The notes under the pieces: model-generated
Seen by the model: the letters and a program-made list of their open reading frames with translations, nothing else
Databases searched by the model: none
What the model was told of the DNA's origin: nothing
Program-made: the position numbers and the translations under genes
Shown here: piece after piece, positions 11,932 through 24,526 of the stretch
How the letters are laid out: every line of letters begins with the position of its first letter
How positions within the stretch are numbered: the first letter of the stretch is position 1
Origin: Octopus sinensis
Lineage: Eukaryota
Assembly: GCF_006345805.1 (NCBI RefSeq)
Contig: NW_021824954.1
Coordinates: forward strand, 62,001 to 126,000
Length of the DNA stretch: 64,000 nucleotides
Direction of reading: 5' to 3'

Positions 11932-14900
11932 GGGTAATTCTGTATGAAATCAATGCAATTTTAAAAAAAAATCAAAGGTGACTGAAACTGATTTCTTTCA
12001 AACTTTGCATGTTAAATGATGTTCATATAAAACCCTTAAATATGAAATATTTTTTTACCTGATTAATATTTATTGAGTTACAGCCATTTGAAATTTTCAA
12101 AAAAGTGATATTTTTTTTGGTTACTCAATAACTTTCAGAAGTCATATCTCACTATTTGAGTTAGAAAGCCCAATTTTTTTCATTTTAAAGCATTCAAATA
12201 GATATACAACTTTTGTTTTGTGCATTTTTCCATACAATAACAATAAAAAATTTTATCTAAAATTTGATCTTTGAGTTTTCATAGGTCAAAAGACGCGGTC
12301 ATAGATTTTTTGGAAATTTTGTCCAAATATTGCCCTACTTAGTCATTACTCACATAAAATAATTCATACTGAGATCTCAATGGGAAGTATTTATAATGAA
12401 TATAATTATAGTGAAAAATAATGACAAATTATCAAGACTAAGCAAAACAATTTGAGCTTGGGGGAGAAAACAAAGAGCTGATAATCGAAATAAGCATTTT
12501 TATTATTTCAGTAATAATGTCTACTTTAATTGTAACTACTTTTCAGATCTGCTATGGTCAATGGTGGAAATGCCACTGCCAACACTTAGAATCTTCAAAC
12601 AAATTGTTGGCATCCCCATCACCTAAGAGGCCACTCCTGATAGCTTAGCAGATGAAGCTACATGTCCCAACCTCCCACTTTTACCCTGCTTTAAATGATT
12701 AAGTACTTGTTAGATGAAATTCTGAAATCTTCAAAATTTAATGAGACAATTTTCTTGAAATTAATAATTGTGATGCATTTTACATGTCTTTTTCTGTCAA
12801 AGTATAAGTTCTTCCTGTAGCAGTTCTGGGGACAAATTTACAAAAGATGTCTAAATAACACATTGTTAAAACATCTGATTTTCTAGGATACTGAAATGAT
12901 GTAGGTCCTTTGGGTTGAAGAAAGGTGAGTTTTACTTGCATAGTTTCTAGGTATGTTTCTAGAACACAGGCTAACCACCAGTCACCATCATAAATTGCTG
13001 CTACAAACCCTTTTATATCCTCAAATTGGATAGCATCTTGCATGGAGATTCTAATTTTAGTATAATTATCTATCATAGATATCATTTTTACCATAATTTC
13101 TGAAGATTAGTTTGGGATAAAGCAATGTAACTTTTGTGGACTTGGAATTGTCCTTGAATTTCTAAATCTCTCTCTCAATAGATTTTCCTCATTTTGCATT
13201 TCATCATTTGAGGAGTAAATAAAATTAATTCCAGGAATATTTTGCTGACCAGAATCATAAAGTTGTCTTGGAGTCATGATTTGTTCATTGAAAGGGCATT
13301 ATAAACTTGCTCGAGATGCCATTTGTTTAATTGTACCTCCTAAGCCATGAGAAATAGTAAAGAAATGCCACTCTGCATCAGTTTGGAAATCTATAGAATG
13401 GTACCATAAGTTCATAAAATTCTTACAATTTTTATATTGTGAAGCAGCACCATCTGAAAAATAGATAATTTTGTTGATATTAATGGCTTTGCTCCAAAGA
13501 AAATCTGTCAGCTTTTTTGGAAGAGACGGACTGCTACTGTACCATGTTTCATAAAGTTGGATACAATAACAATATTGATGTTAGTCACATCATTGTTTTG
13601 TTTATGAAAACAGACAAATGGATGGATAGTGGCTTCAGCATTGTTCCAATGAAATCCTTGTACAGTATCATGCAAGATGAATGAATAATTGTCTGAAAAA
13701 TCTGCTATGACTAATATTTCTCCGTCACTTAAGGATTTTTTTCTTGAAGTGCAAAATTTAGATTGTTCCTTTGCAAGGAAATCATGTACCTTAAGTGCTT
13801 TAGGCTTTTGACAGAAAATTTCAACAAAGTCATCTGTTGATTTTGATATATTTTCTAGGATTGTTCTGTCTGTCGTTAGCCATTGCTTATATTGTACTTC
13901 ATCAATCATATTCACATTAAACATTTCATATAAGAATTTTTCAAGCTCTTCTAACAGAATTACAATTTGAACAGGTTGCTCATGTAGCAGTTGTTTGTTG
14001 TTGGGTTGCAAGTAATTGATTCCAAACATTGTTTATGATCAATCAAGTGAAACTTCATATCCTTGGTTAAATCAGATAGTTTCATGCCAGAAATCATTTG
14101 TTTGGCATTCCGATAAATGGTGCATACACATACATTATGTGTACCAGAACTACCTGCAAGTATGCATTCTTTTGGCCTTAGCTCAGCAAATTTTGAGAAA
14201 CTAATTTTGATTTCAGGATTTTTTGATTTAAAGAATTGGAAGGCTTCCTTTAAGTTACAAAGTATGAGGTACTTTTTCTCATGGACTCTTTTGCCATCAA
14301 TTTTTCCTGATTTGTAATCCCTTATCCATGGCATAACTCTGCTTACTTCATTTTTATAAAACTGAGAAACACAATTGGCAGTTTCTTGAGGAAATGTGGT
14401 TTTTCTATGGTTAGGATGTGATAAAATCCCTTGCTCATTGACCAACCTTTTAGCTTGTCTAGCTATGTAATCAGGTACATTGAACTCCTTTTTGAATTTT
14501 CTTAGAGACCAGCCTTTTTGTCAGAATTGTTAAAATTTGCAGTTTTTCTGATATTTTTTCTGTTGTGAATTTTTCTTTTAACTGTTTGATTATTTCTCTT
14601 TCAGGGTGATGATCTTTTGATGATTAACTGACTTCTCTTCTAGGTGAAATGATTTGCATCTTTTGAGCAAAAGCATTTTCCATTTATTTTCTTTTTTTCT
14701 CAGCATACATGATGATTGTATCTATCTTTTATTTTTTATTGGAGATTCTCCAATTTCAGACAAAGCATTGGTGTTGATCTCTAATTCTGCATTTTCTTCT
14801 ACGAAGACATTTATTGATGATGCAGTCACTTCAGTGGTAGTTGATGTATCATCTCTTGTATCTTCTAATACTGGTTCAATTTCAAGTTTGGGCAAAGTTT

Positions 14901-15536
14901 TTCTGCAAGAGTCACATATTTTTTATCCAGGAATTAGGTTTCCTTTTGTGGCAAAATCTGCAGTTATTGTCCTTAAACCCTTTTTCACAGGTACTTTTTG
15001 CTTTTCAAATGGCTCACAACACTTTTCTTGCTTAGCTAAAAATCTTTCTTTTACATCCATCTCTAACCAGAAATGAACTAATCTGCTCGTATATATCTAA
15101 TCTGAAAAAAAAAAAAGAATTAAGTTATTTAATTTGGCTGTATAACATGAACCATAGTTAAAAGAGATACCAGTGTGAATTTTGACTAAATATTTGGACA
15201 AAATTTCAAAAACGTTGATGATGATGTCTTTTGACCTATGATAGGTCAAAAGTCAAATTTTAGGTCAACTTTTTTTTTATTGTAATGAAAGAATACTCTA
15301 AACTAAAGTTGTATATCTATTTAAGTGCTTTAAAATGAAAAAAAAACCCAAAACAATTGAGCTTTCTAGCTCAAATAGTAGGTGAGACGTCTCAAAGTTA
15401 TTAAATAACTGAAAAAATGTCACTTTTTTGAAAAAATATTTTATATTTAAAGGCTTCATATGAAGGCCATTTAGCATGCAAAGTTTGAAAGAAACCGGTT
15501 TTGGTCACCTTGTGTTGATTTTGCATGGAATGATAC
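11932..15536 (-). mobile_element. Sola2-like DNA transposon with ~400-bp TIRs and decayed transposase
   Basis: TIRs 11932-~12375 (gggtaattctgtatgaaatcaa...) and ~15160-15536; 4-bp flanks atac/atat. Transposase pieces: CCEPF..LR..IPG.KICDSC, FSKFAELRPKEC, HNVCVC, DFSDNYS..QGFHWN..ATIHP, SDGAASQYKN, HFFTISHG..GGTIK. The Sola2 assignment comes from recalled family features (GRG termini, long TIRs, 4-bp TSD). Confidence 0.75.
12780..15060 (-). pseudogene. Sola2-like DDE transposase pseudogene
   Basis: ORF fragments 13960-14445, 13508-14029 and 12780-13094, plus an N-terminal Cys-rich segment from the ATG at 15060. Multiple stops and frameshifts. Confidence 0.75.
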
Positions 15537-17024
15537 ATATACAGGTTGAAAAATAATGCAATGTTTTCTGAAGTCTTGTTCTCACATGTGACACTCTAAT
15601 GCTCTCTATCTTCTTCTTAACAAAGAAGATGATGATCTATTATGATGATCTTTTCAAAATCTTCTACTCAGTATAATTTCACAAATTGAAAACTTTGTGA
15701 TAAGTTACTCCACCACAACGAATATTTTGATAGAACCATCACTTCTGTCTAATTATTTCACATTTCAATTATTTCACTGATCCTCTTCCATACTAATGTT
15801 CAACTCACTATTTCCTACACTCATCCTTCGTTGTTGATGACACAGTCCATTCTTTTTCTTTGTAAAACCTCTACTGGTACAGGCCAGCTAGAAAAATGGA
15901 TATACCATTATAACCATGGCTAAATCAATGTAGGGCACTTGCTATTTACCTGAACTTTCCATGGTATAGAAAAATCATGAGTCAAGTGGAAAACACGTAG
16001 ATCAGCATTCCTTTTTGATGGGACAATGGGCCGTATGGCTTGGGAGAATTTCTAGATTTGGTTTTGAATCTCAACTACATAGAGAAATTCTATTTCCACA
16101 TAACAAGCCAAGGTATAGTCTGCTTTAGTTAACCAAAAGCTACAGATATATTGGTTTCTGTTTCCATAGTTACAAGTCATGGTATAGTCTGCAATAAAAA
16201 GATTGTTGAGATAAATGAAACAGTCTTCTCAAGATGTAAATACAACCAAGGAAGGGTGCTACCTGAGCAATGAGTTTTCGAAGGAGTGTATTGCTTTTCT
16301 TTATGCGATTCTATGTCACAATCGTGACATACAGGAGAAATGGATGTGTCTGTCGATTTTTCCAGGAACCACAATTTTCAGTGGCTTGTAGAGAACTTAC
16401 TCTCATGTTCCTGAAATTGGTGGTTATAATTTTTGACATATAACAATGAACCACAGCGTCGAGTTTATTGACTTGAAAGATTTTATTCACATGCAACAAG
16501 TGAAAAGCACACGAGCCTCTGTAAAACGAAGTAACAGTTTTGGGGTTGATTCATATCTCTGCAAGTTTATGAGGTGCAGGAGATATGAAAATTGTAATAT
16601 TTTTGACAAACTCCCAGAGTGTATCGCAAACTTTTGTTTTTGTATTTTTGCTACAAATTTCGCTTACATGAACTGACCTATAGTTTTTTTTGTGTAATTT
16701 AATGTTCACTTTGCTTTTTTTCTGTAATTTTTCTCAAAAAAAAAACAAAACAAAAATAACTTCCATTAAACTATTCAAAACTTCTGTCATTAATATCAAT
16801 GTAATGTTTTGTCTAATGTTGTCATAGACAGCTATCATGCAGAAAATGCCAGATCCCAAATCCTGTTTTCTGATTGGGTACAGTTTACAAAAATTTTTCT
16901 GGCACAATTGAATAATAACAGCAGATTCAACGTGAAAAATTATATCAATATACAAAATTTTAAAATTTCAAAAACTGTGAACCAAACAGAAAAGATCCAT
17001 TGAAACTTGATCTAGTGAGCAAAT

Positions 17025-18025
17025 TTAAACAAAAATGGGTTCTAAACATATGAATGCCCTGGCATTTGTGTTCGGGTAAATGATGTTAAGTCAAAAACTT
17101 TCAATGTGAGTACTGGACTTCAGCAAGGTTATATGTCGTCACCTTGCCTTTTCATAATTTTCATGAACTGGATTGACATGCATAGCTGGTATGGAAATGG
17201 TATCCCAATCGGTGGGTGTAGGATCAGTCTGCTCATATTTGCAGATGACATGGTGCTCCTTGGCTCACCAGAAGATTATCTTCTGGCTGCACTGAATTGG
17301 TTCACTACTGAGTGCAGCAAAGCAGGGATGAGAAAGCTGTTGCAAAACGAGACATTGGTCCACTTAAGAAATTTGTTCCAGTGCACTTTGCATGTAAGTG
17401 GAACATTACTGAGACAAGGGGACAAGTTTAAGTATCCCAGGACCATATTCATGTGTGATGGAGAGTAGGAGGTTGAACTGGATGCTAGAATTGCAGGTGC
17501 TGGCACAGTAATGTGTCAGCTCCAGCATTCGATCCACAGAAAAATGCCAAACTTGATGTCTTCAATTCAGTTTCCATGACCATAGGTGAGGGATCACCTA
17601 TGGTCATAAAAGTTGGGCAATAACTGAGAGAGTACGATCATGAATACAAGCAGCCGAAATGGAGTTCCTCCAAAGGATCTTTCAAGTAATGTAATTTGTA
17701 AGAGTATGTTGCTTGGAGATCAGGGGTCTCTTGAGGTCAAGTCACTACTTCTCCGTTTTGAGAGGTCACAGCTCCGGTACTATGGGCATGTGGTTATAAT
17801 GTTGCATGACAGAACTGCAAAACAGATTCTTCAAACCAAAGTAATCAGTAAGAGACCTAGGGGTAGACAAAGAACAAGACGATTGGATAATAGCCATAGT
17901 CTCATTTGGTCACGCTTAGAAATCCAGCCGGAAAGTCTAATGACAATCTGATAGGACTCTATGGAGGACTCTGCTTCCATGACTCTTCCAGGAATAGTAA
18001 GGTGGTGAGGATGGATGGATGGATG
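17025..18025 (+). mobile_element. 5'-truncated RTE-clade LINE (Expander/Rex3-like) with (GGAT)n tail
   Basis: TGLQQGYMSSPCLF, LIFADDMVLL, DKFKYP, ERSQLRYYGHV, KRPRGRQRTR; ggatggatggatggatgg at 18009-18026. Confidence 0.85.
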
Positions 18026-20228
18026 GTTCTAAACAATGAAAAGATTTTGAAAAGACACGTCAGAGAGTAACGTAAATGCAGTGAATTGAATTGTCAATGA
18101 GATTTTATAAATATTGGCTCATGTAGCAGAACACATACTTACTCTTTTGAAATTATCAATGTCCAAATGTGTCAAAGTATATTTACATTAAAAAAAGCTG
18201 TCATTTCCATGTTTTCAAGTGGGTTGGAAATACCTGGGTGGATATGGGTGCATGAGTCACATCCACACAGGTATTCCCAACCCACTCATCTCTTCTCTTC
18301 TCATTAGGCTTGTTGTGTCCAACCTTTCAGGTCTCGAACTATTGAACTAATCACAATGTTCAATCCTTCTTTCTAACATGTCAGTGTTTTGGAATTCTCT
18401 CCTTGCTCATACCTTTCCTGTTGGTGTTCACGAGGAGCATAAATGACATAAGTCTCACTAGTCTAGTAAAGACCTGACAAATCCATGGACACTGCCCCAT
18501 TCTTTAGTCTCAGCAAGTTGAAAAAATGATGAAAAAGTGTAGTTAATCTTTCATTCTATGATTAACTTACTTTTATAATCTCATTGTTTTATTTAAATAG
18601 GTAGGGTTTTATGGATACCCTGTATTTAATTGTATATCTCTAATCAATGGAGGTTGTCTTGAGCATCAATGACGATGCTCCTTTGTACTTATGCTAATCA
18701 CGTAAACCTGTACAATACTTGACACATCTTGTCTGTCTGTGACTTACAGTCCAGATTAAACAGTTCAAAGCTATTCTTATTCCTCAAGACTGTCACTCTT
18801 TCGGAAATAGATCCACTGTCCATTCTGCTGTTCATTTATTGGTTTCATTCATTGGACTGTGGCCACACTGGGGTATCACCTTCAAACATTCTAGTGGTCA
18901 AGAGAAGTAACAAGTATGGAAGAAATACCAAAAAGGATATATCAATGCAGATATACTTGTGTACACCTCACACACACATGTATGTAGACAATGAACTTAC
19001 ACATAGTTTTCCTCAAACAAATTTCCTTTACAATGTATTTATCAGCCTATGGATATAGTAGAAAAATACCCAACATACTGTGCAAGAGGATTGAATCCAG
19101 AATCATTTACTTACAAAACTAACTTCTATACCACACAGTCTTACCTGCGACTGTGCTGCTTTTAATTTTTATTATAATTTCATCATTAATTCTGTTAACG
19201 GTTCTGTTTACCATAAATTAACTTCAGATAGGTAGGTTGTTGTTTAATCTCAAATAGGTCCTGATCGAGGTTGTTGACTATGATAAATGACATTCCATTT
19301 GTGACCATCCCATTTTTTCAATCAGTGTATCCTAGACTACATTAGCCAGTATGCCCTCAAACTGTCTCTCTGGAGAAGTGTTATTTGAGGGAAATTTGAG
19401 TTTAATTTCTAGTAGGTCAAACATTCTTATAGATTGTTGTCTTACTGACTTGTAGCATGAATGAAATCCTGAGTTTTGCCACATACAAATTTTAAATCAC
19501 TATTTAATCACAGTTTGATCATGTGCACAATCAAGATTTTACCCAATTAATGGTTGTTGTTCATGTGATAGTTCTGTAGTCTGTCTGTAACTTTCTGTGA
19601 CTAAAGCCTATAAAATACAGTCAATGAAAGCATCAAATTCAGAGAGTCATGGACTGAGCTTTGAATTACACTCTCTCTATTGCTGTTTTAATGGCTGCAT
19701 ATACAATCGAGGACATTGAAAAAGACATGACATGGTATCTGAATATTTGCTTACTATGTTAAGAACCAGCCCAAGTGTTAACATTCAAACAGGCATTTTC
19801 TTTGCATGCCATACTATGCTATTTCTACTTTACTGCTTCCACATATATTGATTGTAATGCATTGTAGTGAAAATATTCAGCAATCAACCGATATCATGAT
19901 TCCCTGGAATGTTGCCCATGTGATCAGCGAATCTGACCAATCGTGACTTTGCCTGGAGAGAATATTACCCAAATAATTAACAAAATCTGGCCAATCACAA
20001 CTTCATAGCTCTAGTAACCATACCAACTTTTGATGTGCTCCTTTCAGAGCCACTCAATCAATATAAAATGACACATGGATATGACCATGGCCCAGAGAGC
20101 TTTGTCATGTAGCCCAAGGCAGAACAGACACTGACTGTGAATAGACATGGGCAGCGACATAATGAATTATTAACAGCAACCCAAGGGGCAATCTTTCGTT
20201 TTAACTCGAAGGTGTGTGCACTGTCTTA

Positions 20229-20386
20229 CGGCGTTCGGTAAATTCCGAATAAAATTTTTTTGTCTATTTTTGTGGGTGGAAATGTACCTTTTGTTCGAAG
20301 TCAGCATAAAGTGAAAGAGAGGCAAAATGGACATGGTGTATATGTGTTGATGGGGTGTGATATGTGTGTGTGTGTGTGTGTGTGTG

Positions 20387-20451
<65 letters not shown>

Positions 20452-22415
20452 CTTTATTCACCATAAAGTTGAGAAAAAGAGGGGACAATACGGAGATAGA
20501 CAAAACAAACGTTGGGGTCTGGATATCGAATGAGACGAAACGTATGAATAAACAAACAATTAAAATATATACAATTAAATGAGAATGAGTGATTAACAAA
20601 ATAGAAAGTGGAGGACGCGGTTGACCCCACAAACCACATACTCACACTGAAGACTTTGCTTTCTCCTTTTTTACATTCTCGATTAAACAGGTTCTTTCAC
20701 TCGCAACATACTTGCTATATACTTCCATCTTTTACGAAACACACTTTGCGACAGTCATTTCTTCTCCAGCCTTATTTTCCGTTTCATGTGGAAAACGAAA
20801 AAGTCGATTAGCTCAAGACTGGAGATAAACATGCCTGTTGCAATTCCTTTCACTCTCGTCTTCCATACTACTTCTTTCGCCACAGCAACTACCGAGAGAA
20901 AACAGGCTCGCTCCTCCCTAATCAGGGAGGTCGGCGGAACTATCTTAATTACAGATTTGCTCGACAGTTGTACTCTTCTCGAATGCGACTGCAGGTGTTC
21001 GACATAAGCCCAGAGTTCAGTCACCTTGGGGCATTGCACAATCGCGTGCAGGACAGTTTCACTGTCCCTCTCACATCTTGCACAAACAGGCGAAGGTGCA
21101 CACCCATGTCTAAAGAGCTTATCTCGAACCGGTAAAGCTCTTCTGTAACATTGCCAGGCCAGGGACTTTTGGTAATTATCCATAGGCCCCGGACCGAATG
21201 TTCTTCGGAACAGGCTGGCCAGTTGATTTTCGTCGAAGCCCAGGGTTTCTCCCAGGACGTCGTCACACTTAAACTCTACTAACCCTCTATAGAAGAACGA
21301 GGTTGTACCCCCGCCACCGGCGTTGCCCGACTGGGAGAGAAGCACGAGTGCCTGATGGCACTCTACATACCACACGCCCAACCTCGGTCTACACTTGATC
21401 CATGGGTTCAGTTTGGTAAACGATGTGAACTGTGGAAATAACAGCCTGACGAACGGAGACCACACCTGCTCACCGTCCAGGTAAAGCCAGAGGTGCCTAA
21501 GTCTGAGCGCATGTCTGCGCATTTTTAGCCACGGCAACCCTAACCCACCTTTCCGCGGCTTTTGGCAGCAAATAGAGCGCCTTACAAGCGCCCCTCTGCT
21601 GCCCCTCCACAAAAAGCGAAAGAGCAGAGAGAGAGAGAGTCACACAGAGTGACAGCATACATTCCTTATTTATTTTTTCTTGCATCTTTCTGTCAGAGAA
21701 TGTGCGTGATTGACTGAGAGAGAAAGAAAGAGGTGTGTGTGTGTGTGTGAGAGAGAGAGTGAGAGAAAGGGTGTGTTGCTGTGTGTATGTGACAGAGAGA
21801 GAGAGAGAGGGAGAGTGATAGCATAGATTTTATTTACTTTTTCTCGCGTCTTTTTTTCAGTGAGTGTGATTGACTGAGAGAATGTGTCTTGCTCTGTATG
21901 CGTGAGAGAGAGGGAGAGATTGATAGCGTAATTGTTTTTATTTATTTAGTTTTTCTCGCATCTTTTTTAGTGATGTATGAGTAATTGACTGAGAGAGAGA
22001 GGCATTGTCATATGTGTAACACCTCTCTCAGTCAATCACTCACACACTCGCTAAAGAAAAACAGATGCGAGAGAAACTAAAATAAATTTACGCTATCATT
22101 CTTTCTCTCTCTCTCTCTCACACACACATACACACACACAGCAACCCATCCTTTCTCTCTGACAACACCCCCCTCTCTCTCTCAGTCAATCACTCACACA
22201 CAAAAAAGATGCGAGATAAAATAAATAAATAAAATGTACGCGGTCTCTCTCTCTCACACACACACACAACATATACTTTCTGTCTCGCACTCCCCAGCAA
22301 CACGTCCCTGTCCATTTCGTCTCTCTTTCACTTTATGCTAACTTGAAACAAAATGTATATTTCCACCCACAAAAAAAAACTGAAAAACATTTTTTACGGA
22401 TTTTACCGAACGCTG
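20229..22415. mobile_element. Non-autonomous TIR element (Tc1/mariner-type TA TSD) hosting a LINE insertion
   Basis: ta|cggcgttcggtaaattccg ... cggattttaccgaacgctg|ta. TIRs of ~110 bp (20229-20340 vs 22310-22415). Internal inverted sub-repeats 21640-21995 vs 22020-22260. Confidence 0.8.
20447..21620 (-). mobile_element. 5'-truncated Tx1/L1-clade LINE inserted in a (TC)n microsatellite
   Basis: ORF 20755-21612: KGGLGLP, LAWQCYRRALPV, zinc finger CARC..ETVLHAIVQC. 3' end ttatggtgaataaagaaata runs directly into (TC)n; a short (TC)n also lies at the 5' junction. Confidence 0.85.
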
Positions 22416-23199
22416 TACCTTAACAGCTGATTGATCAGCTGTTCAGTTTGACATTTCTGCGAGTCATATCGAAAGATCGCCACTCAAGGACTGACAGTAA
22501 CTTTTCGAATACTATTTCAATGACATCTAAACTCTCTCAACATTTGTCGTAATGCTATTTCAATAACACCCAAACTCTCTCAGTAAGAACAAAAGTTTGT
22601 TTGAAAAAAAAAAAAAAAAGACCACAACAGATTTCGTCGTTTTTTATGTACAACTATTGACCTCCGACGCTAGAAATAGCAGCCAACATCCAACAACCAA
22701 GAGTCAGCTCCCCACATCAGCGAACATATTCACCTCCTAGCACTTTGCTGTGTTGTGAAATTACAAGAAATTTTCTATTAACTTGGTTTTATATGGGAAC
22801 ACGTAGCCTAAACAATATTCAATTACCCATCAAAACCAACGTTGTAGGCTCAATATAGACATATTGAGTAAAAAAATAAGGTTGTGACCAGCTTGTTAGA
22901 AAGAGAGAGAGAACGACGAGGATGTCTTTGAATGTGTGAAAAAATGCCATCACAGTCACACATCTTGGTTTGCTGTTAAATATTTTCTATTTATTGTGAT
23001 ATCAAAAAATAAATTATCTATATCTAGTTATCTTTTAAAATTTCCCTCCGTAATTTCTCATTTTCATTGTCAAGGTATTTTAAATAGCATTCATTTATAG
23101 GGAAAGTAAAAAGAAAAAGCAGGAGACTTCTTTTTTTCTTTACGTCTTTCAGTTTCACGTATTTAAAAAAAAAGTATTTACTTCCCAACACCTTTCCTT

Positions 23200-24110
23200 T
23201 CTGTCTTCGCAAGTCACCTTTCCATATCCCTTATTTACTCCGTAAAATCCTTTCACTTGTCGTAGTCTCTTTCATCTTCATCCATTTACTTTCGCTTCTT
23301 TTATTCATCCTATTCTCTTTTATCGCCATCTATTTTTTTTTTTCATCTGAACCATTTTCGTTACCGACCTCTTTCTTTAATTCTTTCCTACTTACACTTT
23401 AATATCACTTATATTCCTTCTTTCTCTCCCCACCTCTTTACTATTATCTCTGCACTTTTTCTCGCTCACATTTTCCCAATTCAGTCTTTCCTCTTTTTCT
23501 TTTGATTTTTGTGATTTCTTTTTCCTATTAACAATCTCCTTTTCCATTTCATATATTCATTTTTTTTATATAGTTTTATTTTATTACGTTCCTTTTACAT
23601 CTGATACCTTTCTTTATTCATTTTCTTAAAAGAGAGCCTCCATTTCTTCCTTGTCTCCTCCTACCCATCTCTCTTTATTCTTTAAATATCTCTGCTTTCT
23701 CCTATCATTTATCCCTCTTTTCACATGACTGACTTGCCTTATCTTCTGCTTCTTCCTCCATAGTATTTTCTTCGAAACTCCCCTTCACTCTTTGCTCGCT
23801 CTATATTTCGAACTTGTCTCTTTTCACATCAACTTTTGATATAAAAAAAGACAATCGTTAATTTCCTCTCAAATCTCATTTTACGTCGTTAGTGTCACTC
23901 CTCCTTTCTCCTTCTCTTCTACATTAACTCAATTTGTCATTGCACTTCCACCGACATCATCTTCACTTTAAATTATTCCTCCCTCCACTTCACATTACTT
24001 CTTCCTCCTCACCAACATCACCTCAATTTCTTCTTCCATCTCTTTGTCTTTTCTGTTTCTCATACATTTCCACTCCCCTTGATTTACTTCTTTCTCTGCT
24101 TCGTTGCTTC
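23200..24110. repeat. Pyrimidine-rich low-complexity tract
   Basis: Strong C/T skew with no coding signal. Confidence 0.7.
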
Positions 24111-24526
24111 AACATATGCAGAACATCACACTATTGCTATTATACATGTATATCTAAACAGAGAGAGAGGGAGCGAGATCAGTGTCGTGTAGTAGTAATC
24201 CTTAGAGGTGTGTACACAGTGCTACCATATTTACTCAAATAAAAATGCAAATTTTAGATTATTTCTATAGATAATACGATTTCGACTTGACTTTGATTTT
24301 GAGTGTGTTGTATATTAGAAAACAGATTACGACGAAGGAAATCAGTTCATGAAATTTCAATTTCTCACCATGAAAACGAATAAGATGTCGCTCACCCTTC
24401 GGTACTTATTTTTATCTAGCTAACTCCCATTATCACTATTCGCAGTGCCACATATCGATAAAACATACAGTATATTGTTATATCTACTTAATGTTGAGAT
24501 AGCGTGTGCTTATAAAAGTGTAGGTC

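Noticed and set aside
14654-15076. 140-aa plus-strand ORF
   Set aside because: Antisense shadow of the Sola2-like transposase N-terminus.
15600-16700. Coding-like composition suggesting an old TE or exon
   Set aside because: I could not recognise any motif or consistent frame.
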